In this document: piece after piece, positions 19,697-27,914 of the stretch
Layout of the letters: every line of letters starts with the position of its first letter
Numbering within the stretch: the first letter of the stretch is position 1
Assembly (NCBI GenBank): GCA_964482955.1
Contig: CAYZZW010000006.1
Span: 2,585 to 66,584, forward strand
DNA from: an uncultured Treponemataceae bacterium
GTDB taxonomy: Bacteria > Spirochaetota > Spirochaetia > Treponematales > UBA12059
Direction: 5' to 3'
Length of the DNA: 64,000 bases
Notes under the pieces: model-generated
Databases searched by the model: none
What the model was told of the DNA's origin: nothing
What the model saw: the letters and a program-made list of their open reading frames with translations, nothing else
Made by a program: the position numbers and the translations under genes

Positions 19697-19709
19697 GGCG
19701 GCGTCCGGT

Positions 19710-20747
19710 CTAGCGGTTCGGCTGGCTCAGCGCGACGCTCGAGCGGATGTTGAGGAAGCGGAGCGGATCGATAGTCTCGGTGCCGAGGTGCACTTCGTAG
19801 TGGAGGTGCGGACCGGTCGAGATGCCGGTGGAACCGATGTAGCCGATGATCTGGCCCTGCTGGACCTTGTCGCCCTTCTTCACCTTGTACGACGACATGT
19901 GCGCGTAACGCGTGATGAAGCCGTGCTTGTGCTCGATGATGACCGAGTTGCCGTAGCCCGAGTCGTAGCCCACCGAGGCGACCTTGCCGTCGGCCGTCGC
20001 GACGATCGGGTCGCCCGAGCGGTACGTGGACATGTCCAGGCCCTTGTGGAGGTACCAGGAGCCATAGAACGGATTTTCGTTCTGCCCGTAGTAGAAGGAA
20101 ATGTGGCCGATGCCGCCCTTGATGGGCCAGAGGTTCGGGATCTCGCTCAGGACGCCGCTCTGCGAGGCGACGAGGGAACCGAGCTCCTTGAGGGGTTCGG
20201 TGGTGCGTTCCAGGTACTTCGTGACGCGCTTGATCTCGCTCGCCTCGCGGACGGAACCGGTGGCGCTCTCTTCCATGTCGTAGAAGGCCGACAGGTCGCC
20301 CGTGGCCCCGTTCGCCGATCCGTCGCCGCGGTCGATGCCGATGCGGGACAGGGTGTCCGAGAGGATCGTCTCGAAGTTGCGCGCCGCCTTCACGAGGTTC
20401 GTGGTCTCGTCGCGGATGGCGTCGAGGTCGCTCTTCGTGTCGCGGAGGTCCTGCGCCTTGCCGGCCAGGGCGCGCGCCGTGTCGGCGTAGCGGGCGGTGA
20501 AGAAGGTGAACGCGGAAAAGGCCAAAACGGCGACGAAGACGAAGCCGGCCAGGGTGAACAGGCTGATCTGGAGGTTGATGATCCGCTTTTCGCTGTGGGG
20601 CACGAACATGATCGTCAGGCGCTGTTTGCCGAGCTTGACGAGCCGCGCGAAGAAGGCACGGACGGCGGCCAGCGCGGAGAACAGGGCTCCGCCCAGTCGG
20701 CGGGCGACGCTGTTCTCGAGCTTCTTGTATCTGTTGATCTTAGACAC
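19710..20747 (-). CDS. M23 family metallopeptidase, membrane anchored, with coiled-coil region
   Basis: HKGLDM...GYGNSVIIEHKHGFITRYAHM...GSTGISTGPHLHYEV. GTG start at 20747 is preferred (AAGGAG 6 nt upstream) over the track ATG at 20795. Confidence 0.88.
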   Translation of the reverse strand: MSKINRYKKLENSVARRLGGALFSALAAVRAFFARLVKLGKQRLTIMFVPHSEKRIINLQISLFTLAGFVFVAVLAFSAFTFFTARYADTARALAGKAQDLRDTKSDLDAIRDETTNLVKAARNFETILSDTLSRIGIDRGDGSANGATGDLSAFYDMEESATGSVREASEIKRVTKYLERTTEPLKELGSLVASQSGVLSEIPNLWPIKGGIGHISFYYGQNENPFYGSWYLHKGLDMSTYRSGDPIVATADGKVASVGYDSGYGNSVIIEHKHGFITRYAHMSSYKVKKGDKVQQGQIIGYIGSTGISTGPHLHYEVHLGTETIDPLRFLNIRSSVALSQPNR

Positions 20748-20955
20748 CGTTGGCTCCTTGCCGTACGAGCGAGGATAATCGCGATATGCTACCATTATTA
20801 TCGGTCGACTGTCAAATATCGACCGGGATCAGCCGGATACGCGTACGCCGCCCTCGAACCGCTCGCCGTATTCTTTTTCATACACCATGTACGGCGCGAG
20901 AATCGCCCCGCGGATCAAGACAAGGAGTCCGCCAGGGCGTATAGTCGGCGGCACC

Positions 20956-22362
20956 ATGGAAACATCCATCGCGAGGCGAACCAGCCTCTTCGGCCCCGGC
21001 CGCTTTTACCGAGAAGCCCTGTCCCTGGCCATCCCGGTCATCCTCCAGCAACTCATCATGAACCTCGTCTCGCTCGTGGACAACTTCATGGTGGCGGGGC
21101 TCGGCGACGCGAAGATGGCGGCCATCAACGTCGCCAACCAGATCAACTTCGTGTACTTCATCGCCACCTTCACCCTGAGCGCGGCCGGCGGCATCTTCAT
21201 GTCACAGTACCGCGGCGCCGGGGATCCCGCGGGGATGAAGCAGGCGTACCGCTTCAAGCTGATCCTCACGCTGTCGCTCGCGGTCGTCCACCTCGTCCTC
21301 TGCAACCTGATCCCCGAGCGGCTCATCGGGCTCATGGTGGCGGGCAACGCGGCCGCGGACGAAATCATCAGGGAAGGATCGACCTACCTGCGGCTCGTGT
21401 CCGCGTGCTGGATCCCCTTCGCCCTGGCCACGTCGACCGGCACGTCGTTCCGCGAGATCGGCCGCACCACGCCGCCGCTCGTCATGTCGGCCGTCGCCAC
21501 CCTGATCAACACGGTCCTCAACTGGGTCCTCATCTACGGCAACCTCGGCGCGCCGAGGCTCGAAGTGGCGGGCGCGGCGTACGCCACCATCGTCGCCCGC
21601 GTCGTGGAGGCGATCGCCTTCCTCGTCTTCGTCCGCGCCGTCAAGCCGGACTTCTGGTTCCGCTTCCGCGACTTCTTCCGCGTGAACGGAAAGATCTTCC
21701 GCGGCATCTTCGCGCGCTCGTGGCTCATGCTGCTCTCCGAGACGACCTGGGTGATGACGGAGACCGTGCTGACCGCGTTCTACAACGGCCGCGGCGGCGA
21801 GGAGACCGTGTCCGGCATGGCCGCGGCGTGGACCATCGCCAACGTCTTCTTCCTCGTCTTCGGCGGCATCCACACGAGCGTCGGCGTCATCGTGGGCTCC
21901 GCCCTCGGCGCGGACCGGCTCGACGAGGCGCGGACGAAGGCGCGCTGGCTCCAGTCGGGCGGCACGGTGTTCGGCGTCTTCGCGGCGGCGGCGCAAGCCG
22001 CGTCGGCATTCCTCGTCCTGCCGCTCGTGTTCGCCAACCTGAGCCAGGAAGCCCGGTCGATCGCCCAGACGATGGTGCTCACGGTCGCCTGCTACATGCC
22101 GCTGTGGACCCTGCTCAACGCGCAGTTCGCCACCGCCCGATCGGGCGGCGACGCGGCGATGGGCGCCATCATCGATATCGGCGTGAACATACTCCTCTTC
22201 CTGCCGGGCATCTGGCTTTTAGCCACCTTCACGCGGGTCGGTCCCGTGGCCATGTTCGCCATCATCAAGGTCACCGACCTCCCGAAGGAACTCATCGCGT
22301 GGCTGTGGCTCAAGAAGGAAATCTGGGTGCGGAACCTGACGAAGCACGCGGAAATTGGCTGA
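20956..22362 (+). CDS. MATE family efflux transporter
   Basis: 468 aa from METSIARRTSLFGP. 12-TM pattern and N-terminal ALSLAIPVILQQLIMNLVSLVDNFMVAGLG typical of NorM-like proteins. TATAGT (20940-45) lies 10 nt before the ATG. Confidence 0.88.
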   Translation: METSIARRTSLFGPGRFYREALSLAIPVILQQLIMNLVSLVDNFMVAGLGDAKMAAINVANQINFVYFIATFTLSAAGGIFMSQYRGAGDPAGMKQAYRFKLILTLSLAVVHLVLCNLIPERLIGLMVAGNAAADEIIREGSTYLRLVSACWIPFALATSTGTSFREIGRTTPPLVMSAVATLINTVLNWVLIYGNLGAPRLEVAGAAYATIVARVVEAIAFLVFVRAVKPDFWFRFRDFFRVNGKIFRGIFARSWLMLLSETTWVMTETVLTAFYNGRGGEETVSGMAAAWTIANVFFLVFGGIHTSVGVIVGSALGADRLDEARTKARWLQSGGTVFGVFAAAAQAASAFLVLPLVFANLSQEARSIAQTMVLTVACYMPLWTLLNAQFATARSGGDAAMGAIIDIGVNILLFLPGIWLLATFTRVGPVAMFAIIKVTDLPKELIAWLWLKKEIWVRNLTKHAEIG

Positions 22363-22382
22363 GAACCAGCGGCTGGCCGGTT

Positions 22383-22838
22383 TCAGCGGTTGGTCGGTTT
22401 CAGGTGGTATTCGACGTGCCTGACGGCGCCGCGTTCGACGGCGGCGCGGAGGCTGCGTTCGACGGCGGAGAGCTTCGCGTCGCCCGACTTCACTTCGACG
22501 AGCACCACTTCGCGGATCTCGCCGGTGGAGGCGCCGGGGAAGGCGACGAAGTCGATCGGCTTCCCGATGAAGCGCACTTCGCTCAGGTCGAAGGGGAAGT
22601 CCGGCAGGTACGGGGCGATCTGTTCGGCGACGAGTCCGCCGATCGTCGCGCGCGAGCGTTTCACCGCGTCTTCGCGGGCGGCCGCCACGCGGCCGTCGAA
22701 GTCGCGCTCCGCCTCGGCCCGGCCGGTCCTCCGCCCCAAGGCCAAGCCGAGCGCCACGCCGATGGCGAACAGCGCCGCCACGAGGATTGCCATCCCGAGC
22801 GTCGCCGCGTCGAACGAAAAAGCCGTCGAACCTTCCAT
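22383..22838 (-). CDS. membrane-anchored PD-(D/E)xK nuclease-fold protein (archaeal Holliday-junction-resolvase-like endonuclease family)
   Basis: 151 aa, one N-terminal TM helix, then KPIDFVAFPG...EVVLVEVKSGDAKLS (D...E-x-K signature). Confidence 0.6.
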   Translation of the reverse strand: MEGSTAFSFDAATLGMAILVAALFAIGVALGLALGRRTGRAEAERDFDGRVAAAREDAVKRSRATIGGLVAEQIAPYLPDFPFDLSEVRFIGKPIDFVAFPGASTGEIREVVLVEVKSGDAKLSAVERSLRAAVERGAVRHVEYHLKPTNR

Positions 22839-22874
22839 GAAATCCGATCATGCCGCACTCACCCCCCGATGACA

Positions 22875-23000
22875 ACCTCCATCCAGCGTCCCCTCCCTTC
22901 TTTCTACTTCCTAACTTCTCTTTCTCTCCTTCGTTCCCTTTTTTCTTCCCTTCGTGTCCTTCGTGGCAACATCTTCGTGTCCTTCGTGTCCTCTCCGTGC
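22875..23000. repeat. polypyrimidine (+ strand) tract with TTCGTGTCC 9-mer repeats
   Basis: 22891-22950 has only 4 purines in 60 nt. TTCGTGTCC occurs at 22951, 22974 and 22983, plus partial ttcgtggca at 22960. Confidence 0.9.
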
Positions 23001-23014
23001 TACAATAGCTCCTC
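23001..23014 (+). promoter_or_regulatory. extended -10 (TGcTACAAT) 8 nt before the ygiQ ATG
   Basis: gTGcTACAAT-agctcctc-ATG. No SD. Confidence 0.5.
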
Positions 23015-24868
23015 ATGGCTTTTCTTCCCATCAACAGCGCGGAGCTCGCCAAGCGCGGCATCAGTCAAGCGGATTTCGTCCTCGTCACGGGCGACGCGTA
23101 CGTCGACCACCCGAGCTTCGGGGCGGCGCTCGTCGGGCGCGTGCTGGAGGCGGCAGGATATTCGGTCGCCATCATCGCCAGGCCCGATCCGAGCTCCGTC
23201 GACGCGTTCCGGTCCTGCGGCCGGCCGCGGCTCGCGTTCCTCGTCACGGCGGGCAACCTCGACTCGATGGTCGCCAAGTACACCGCGAACCGCCGCCTCC
23301 GCGCGGAAGACGAGTACGCGCCCGGCGGCAAACCGGAACTCTGCCTCCTCGGGAACGGCGCGATCGGGCCGATCCCGGGCGCCGACGGCCGCAAGTCGTC
23401 GCACGCGCGCCCGGACCGCGCGACCATCGCTTACGCCGCCAAGTGCCGCGAAGCGTACAAGGGCGTACCCGTCGTCCTCGGCGGCCTCGAAGCGTCGCTC
23501 AGGCGCCTGTCGCATTACGACTACTGGAGCGACACGGTGCGCCGCTCGGTCCTCCTCGACTCGAAGGCCGACCTCCTCGTCTACGGCATGGCCGAAACCG
23601 CCATCGTCGAGATCGCGAAGCGGCTCGCGGCCGGGGAGGAAGCGCGCTCGATAAGCGGAGTGCGCGGCACCGCGCGCTGGACGTCGAAGGATCCCGTCCT
23701 CCCCGCCGGCAGCTTCGTCGAGCTGCCGCCCTACGAGACGGTGAAGGACGACAAGCGCGCCTTCGCGGAGAGCTTCCGCCTCCAGTACGAAAACACGGAT
23801 TCGATCAGCGCGAAAACCTTGGTCGAACGCGCGGAAGCCCGCTGGGTCGTGCAGGAGCCGCCCGCGCTCCCGCTCGACGCCGACGAGCTCGACCGGGTCT
23901 ACGCCCTCCCCTTCGAGCGCGAAGCCCACCCGATCTACAAGAAGTCGGGCGGCGTGCCCGGACTCGAGGAAGTGAAGTTCTCCCTCGCGTCGAGCCGCGG
24001 CTGTTTCGGGGCCTGCGCGTTCTGCTCGCTCACGTTCCACCAGGGCCGCGTCATCCAGGCGCGCTCGCACGAGTCCCTCGTCGCCGAGGCGAAGAAGCTC
24101 GCGAAGCTGCCCGGCTTCAAGGGTTACATCCACGACGTCGGCGGCCCCACCGCGAACTTCCGGAAGCCCGCCTGCGCCAAGCAGCGGACCAAGGGCGCCT
24201 GCGTCGACCGCCGCTGCCTGGCCCCCGAGCCCTGCCCCGCGCTCGAAGTCGACCACCGCGACTACGTCGCCTTGTTACATAAACTTCGCGCCATCCCGGG
24301 GATCAAGAAAGTCTTCGTGCGCTCGGGCGTCCGCTTCGACTACCTCATGCTCGACAAGGACGACGCGTTCTTCCGCGAGCTCGTGGAGCACCACGTCTCC
24401 GGCCAGCTCAAGGTGGCGCCCGAGCACGTCTCGGACAAAGTGCTCAAGCTGATGGGCAAGCCGCCCCACCGCGTCTTCGACGCGTTCGCCGCGAAGTACG
24501 CGCGCCTCAACGCGGAGCTCGGCCTCAAGCAATACCTCGTGCCGTACTTCATCTCGGCCCACCCCGGCGCCACGCTCGAGGACGCGATCGAGCTGGCCGA
24601 GTACCTGCGCGACGCGGGCTCCGTCCCCGACCAGGTGCAGGACTTCTACCCGACGCCCGGCACGCTCGCCACGTGCATGTGGCACACGGGCCTCGACCCG
24701 ATCGCCATGACGCCCGTGTACTCCGCGAAGGGCGACCACGAGCGCGCCCTGCAGCGCGCGCTCCTCCAGTTCGACAAGCCGGACAACCGCGCCCTCGTCC
24801 TCGAAGCCCTACGGAAGACCGGCCGCGTCGACCTCATCGGCTCGGGGAAAAAATGCCTTGTGAGGTAA
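23015..24868 (+). CDS. ygiQ: YgiQ family radical SAM protein (UPF0313)
   Basis: 617 aa. N-terminus FVLVTGDAYVDHPSFG. Radical-SAM cluster motif CFGACAFCS. Confidence 0.9.
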   Translation: MAFLPINSAELAKRGISQADFVLVTGDAYVDHPSFGAALVGRVLEAAGYSVAIIARPDPSSVDAFRSCGRPRLAFLVTAGNLDSMVAKYTANRRLRAEDEYAPGGKPELCLLGNGAIGPIPGADGRKSSHARPDRATIAYAAKCREAYKGVPVVLGGLEASLRRLSHYDYWSDTVRRSVLLDSKADLLVYGMAETAIVEIAKRLAAGEEARSISGVRGTARWTSKDPVLPAGSFVELPPYETVKDDKRAFAESFRLQYENTDSISAKTLVERAEARWVVQEPPALPLDADELDRVYALPFEREAHPIYKKSGGVPGLEEVKFSLASSRGCFGACAFCSLTFHQGRVIQARSHESLVAEAKKLAKLPGFKGYIHDVGGPTANFRKPACAKQRTKGACVDRRCLAPEPCPALEVDHRDYVALLHKLRAIPGIKKVFVRSGVRFDYLMLDKDDAFFRELVEHHVSGQLKVAPEHVSDKVLKLMGKPPHRVFDAFAAKYARLNAELGLKQYLVPYFISAHPGATLEDAIELAEYLRDAGSVPDQVQDFYPTPGTLATCMWHTGLDPIAMTPVYSAKGDHERALQRALLQFDKPDNRALVLEALRKTGRVDLIGSGKKCLVR

Positions 24869-24887
24869 TGCAATAATTCAATCGTGC

Positions 24888-24925
24888 GGGGAAGGAACCT
24901 CTTACCTCAAAGAGGTTCCTTCCCC
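24888..24925. terminator. perfect 16-bp hairpin between convergent ygiQ and hicB
   Basis: ggggaaggaacctctt (24888-24903), loop acctca, aagaggttccttcccc (24910-24925). Confidence 0.75.
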
Positions 24926-24982
24926 ACGCCCCATCTTCCAGAAGGGAGTTCCGAGAAATACTTTTCGGATTAGAGAATTTCG

Positions 24983-25387
24983 TCAGGACCGGTGTTGCGA
25001 CATGTACTCGAGCGCCGCGAACGCGAGAAAGCCCGAACGGGACTCGCCTTCGCTTTTCGCGAAGGAATCGATCTTGGATAGCAGATTCTCGGGTATCGTA
25101 ATGTTTATTCGCCTGACGTCGCTCGAAAGTTTTCCCATGTCGACGCCAACCAATCCCCATACGAAGTCGCGGGATCTATATTCCTTCTTGAGCGTTTCGA
25201 TCGGAGTCGGAGCCGGAATCGGTTCGTTATCGAGCAACAAGCCTTCGACATGGGTCATGATCGCTTCTTCCGCGTTTTCAAGCGCTTCTTCGATCGTCGA
25301 ACCCGCCGAGTAGCATCCCGGAAGATCGGGAACCGTGACGCCATAATCGCTCTCCGGATCCTTCTCGAGAAAAACGGGATACTTCAC
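24983..25387 (-). CDS. hicB: HicB family antitoxin (RNase H-like fold N-domain plus C-terminal ribbon-helix-helix)
   Basis: 134 aa. YPVFLEKDPESDYGVTVPDLPGCYSAGSTIEEALENAEEAI is classic HicB. RINITIPENLLSKIDSFA is RHH-like. GTG start 1 nt after the hicA stop, GGAGGGAG SD. Confidence 0.9.
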   Translation of the reverse strand: MKYPVFLEKDPESDYGVTVPDLPGCYSAGSTIEEALENAEEAIMTHVEGLLLDNEPIPAPTPIETLKKEYRSRDFVWGLVGVDMGKLSSDVRRINITIPENLLSKIDSFAKSEGESRSGFLAFAALEYMSQHRS

Positions 25388-25388
25388 C

Positions 25389-25580
25389 TCACTCCCTCCA
25401 TGTCAAGCCGGCCTGCTTGAATATGCTGCGAACCGTCCCGATTGGCAGATCCGCTTTCGGATGCGGCACTGTCACCTTGCCTTGTTTTGAAGGGTGCTTG
25501 AACTGATGATGGCTTCCGCGAATGTTGAACACGAACCAACCGTCGGCTTTCAACATGCGGATCACTTCCGCACTCTTCAT
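25389..25580 (-). CDS. hicA: HicA family mRNA interferase toxin
   Basis: 63 aa MKSAEVIRMLKADGWFVFNIRGSHHQFKHPSKQGKVTVPHP (GSHxxF-xHP motif). The upstream extension in the track is rejected. Confidence 0.9.
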   Translation of the reverse strand: MKSAEVIRMLKADGWFVFNIRGSHHQFKHPSKQGKVTVPHPKADLPIGTVRSIFKQAGLTWRE

Positions 25581-25616
25581 GTGTGTATGATACACACTAA
25601 AACACACTGCGGTCAA
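25581..25616 (-). promoter_or_regulatory. hicAB promoter with overlapping palindromic operator (leaderless-type)
   Basis: Minus-strand TTGACC (25616-25611), 18 nt, TATCAT (25592-25587), acacac, ATG 25580. Palindrome gtgtgta-tga-tacacac at 25581-25597 covers the -10 and +1. acacact is repeated at 25592 and 25602. Confidence 0.65.
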
Positions 25617-25632
25617 GCGTCGAACATATGCT

Positions 25633-26061
25633 TTACGATTTTTCTCCAGTTGAAAATGACGCGCAGCGTCCGATCCAGGCCAATTCGTACACATCGTGCG
25701 GCATGACGCGGCTTTCCAGATCGGAAATCGTCTTGATCCTTTCCGCGGCGCACCACGAAAGGCACGCGGCGTACAGGGTCCAATCGAGTTCGTCGTCGTC
25801 GAAGTACGCCTTGATTTCCCCGATGCCGCGGTTCGCGAGCCAGAGCGCGCGCGTGTGACCGTCGAGGTATACGATCGAGCCGTCCAGTTCTTTCACCGGC
25901 ACGGCTTCGTAGGAATCGTGCGAAAACGGTGTCGCACCGAGCGCGCGGTCGACGGCGGCGTATTTAGTTTCGCTGACGTACAGCTGCGAAGGCCGCGCAG
26001 CGACGATATCGATCATGAACACGGCGCGAGGTCCGTTCGCATCGCCGACTGTCGCGTTCAT
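25633..26061 (-). CDS. hypothetical protein with ParB/sulfiredoxin-like segment
   Basis: 142 aa. IVAARPSQLYVSE...PVKELDGSIVYLDGHTRALWLANRGIGEIKAYF resembles the ParB N-terminal/Srx fold (DGHxR). Starts 10 nt after the mnmG stop. GC visibly lower than the flanks. Confidence 0.5.
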   Translation of the reverse strand: MNATVGDANGPRAVFMIDIVAARPSQLYVSETKYAAVDRALGATPFSHDSYEAVPVKELDGSIVYLDGHTRALWLANRGIGEIKAYFDDDELDWTLYAACLSWCAAERIKTISDLESRVMPHDVYELAWIGRCASFSTGEKS

Positions 26062-26071
26062 ATCGGTATTC

Positions 26072-27913
26072 CTATTTCAAACCCGAAAGCCGGATCATGA
26101 GCAGGGCCGCGTCGGCGGGGCGGACGCCGGGCACGCGCGACGCCTGGCCGAGCGTGAGCGGGCGCGCGGCGGCGAGCTTCTCCTTCGCCTCCGACGACAG
26201 ACCGTCCACGGCGCGGTAGTCGAAGTCCGCGGCGATGCGGATCGATTCGTACTTGTCCATGCGCGAGATCATGCGTTCCTGTTTGGCGACGTAGCCTTCG
26301 TAGCGGCGGTCGAGGACGACGGCTTCCACCCACTCGGCGGGATACGCGGCGAGCGCCGGCTCGAAGGTCGAGAGGTCGGCTTCGCCGACGCGCGTGTCGC
26401 CGAGGGCTTTCAGAAGCTGCGATCCGACGTGGGGGGCCAGCTCGGGCAGCGCGGCCGCGTCGGCGGCGGCGATCCTGCGCTTCGAGATGAGTTCGTCGAT
26501 GGCGGCGAGCCCCGCCCGCTTGGCCTCGAAGCGCTCGGCGCGCTCCGCGTCCGCGAGCCCGACGCGGAGCCCGATCGGCGTGAGACGCGAGTCGGCCGTG
26601 TCGTGGCGGAGGCCGAGGCGGTGCTCGGCGCGGCTCGTGAACATGCGGTACGGCTCCTTGGCGCCGAGCGTGACGAGGTCGTCGACGAGAACGCCGATGT
26701 ACGCTTCCGAGCGCCCGAGCACGATGCCCGCCTCGCCGCGGAGTTTCAGGGAGGCGTTGATGCCCGCGAGCACGCCCTGCGCCGCCGCCTCCTCGTACCC
26801 CGAGGTGCCGTTCGTCTGCCCCGCGGAAAAGAGCCCCGGCACGAGCTTCGTCTCGAGCGTCGCGTAGAGGCAGGTCGGGTCGACGTAGTCGTATTCCACC
26901 GCGTAGCCGGGGCGCACGAGCTCGGCGTCCGCGAAGCCCGGCATCGTGCGGACGAAGGCAGACTGCACGTCCTCGGGCAGCGACGACGACAGGCCGTTCA
27001 AGTAGAGCTCGTCGGTGTAGCGCCCCTCCGGCTCGACGAAGATCTGGTGCCGTATCCGGTCCGGAAAGCGGACGACCTTGTCCTCGATCGACGGGCAGTA
27101 GCGCGGCCCCTTCCCGATTATCTTTCCGCCGTAAAGCGGCGAGCGGTGCAGGTTGGCGCGAATCACGTCGTGCGTCGCGTCGTTGGTCCACGTGATCCAG
27201 CACGGCAGGGACGGGCGGTCCACGGCGTCGTGCAGGAAGGAGAACGGCCGGTTCGCCTCGCCGTCCTGCCGTTCCAAGACGGCGAAGTCGACGCTCGGGC
27301 CGCGGACGCGGGCTGGCGTGCCGGTCTTCATGCGCCCGACGGGGAAGCCGCGATGCGCGAGCGCTTCGCCGAGGCCGAGCGCCGCCGGTTCGCCGAGCCG
27401 GCCCGACGAGGCTTCCCACTCGCCGATGAAGACGCGGCCGCCCATGAAGGTGCCGGTCGTCATCACCACGATCTTCGACGAGATGCGGTTGCCGCGCTCC
27501 GTGAGCACGCCGGCCGCAGCTCCCCGCTCGTCGGTCAGGATGTCGACGACGGTGTCCATGAAGATCGACAGCCCCGGCGTGTCCTCGAGCGCCTTTCGCG
27601 CGAGCTCGGCGTAGAGCGCCTTGTCGGCCTGCGCGCGCGGCGCCTGCACGGCCGCCCCCCGCGAGCGGTTCAGGACGCGGTACTGGATCATCGCCTTGTC
27701 GATGAGGACGCCCATGAGGCCGCCGAGCGCGTCCACTTCGCGCACGAGGTTGCCCTTGGAAAGACCGCCGATGGCCGGATTGCACGACATGCGGCCGATC
27801 GTGTCCGGGTTCTGCGTCACGAGCAGCGTGGCGTGGCCGAGCCGGGCGAGCGCGGAGGCCGCCTCGATGCCGGCGTGCCCGCCGCCGATCACGATCGCTT
27901 CGAAATCGCGCAT
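26072..27913 (-). CDS. mnmG: tRNA uridine 5-carboxymethylaminomethyl modification enzyme MnmG (GidA)
   Basis: 613 aa. FEAIVIGGGHAGIEAA FAD motif; conserved throughout. Confidence 0.95.
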   Translation of the reverse strand: MRDFEAIVIGGGHAGIEAASALARLGHATLLVTQNPDTIGRMSCNPAIGGLSKGNLVREVDALGGLMGVLIDKAMIQYRVLNRSRGAAVQAPRAQADKALYAELARKALEDTPGLSIFMDTVVDILTDERGAAAGVLTERGNRISSKIVVMTTGTFMGGRVFIGEWEASSGRLGEPAALGLGEALAHRGFPVGRMKTGTPARVRGPSVDFAVLERQDGEANRPFSFLHDAVDRPSLPCWITWTNDATHDVIRANLHRSPLYGGKIIGKGPRYCPSIEDKVVRFPDRIRHQIFVEPEGRYTDELYLNGLSSSLPEDVQSAFVRTMPGFADAELVRPGYAVEYDYVDPTCLYATLETKLVPGLFSAGQTNGTSGYEEAAAQGVLAGINASLKLRGEAGIVLGRSEAYIGVLVDDLVTLGAKEPYRMFTSRAEHRLGLRHDTADSRLTPIGLRVGLADAERAERFEAKRAGLAAIDELISKRRIAAADAAALPELAPHVGSQLLKALGDTRVGEADLSTFEPALAAYPAEWVEAVVLDRRYEGYVAKQERMISRMDKYESIRIAADFDYRAVDGLSSEAKEKLAAARPLTLGQASRVPGVRPADAALLMIRLSGLK

Positions 27914-27914
27914 G

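Noticed and set aside
22951-22991. Short tandem repeats as a possible CRISPR or minisatellite
   Set aside because: The units are only 9 nt, with 3-4 copies, no spacer-like unique segments and no cas genes. They are better explained as promoter-proximal binding sites.
18963-23654. 1563-aa plus-strand ORF spanning bactofilin, M23, MATE and nuclease-like genes
   Set aside because: It crosses several well-supported genes on both strands, and its translation is low-complexity.
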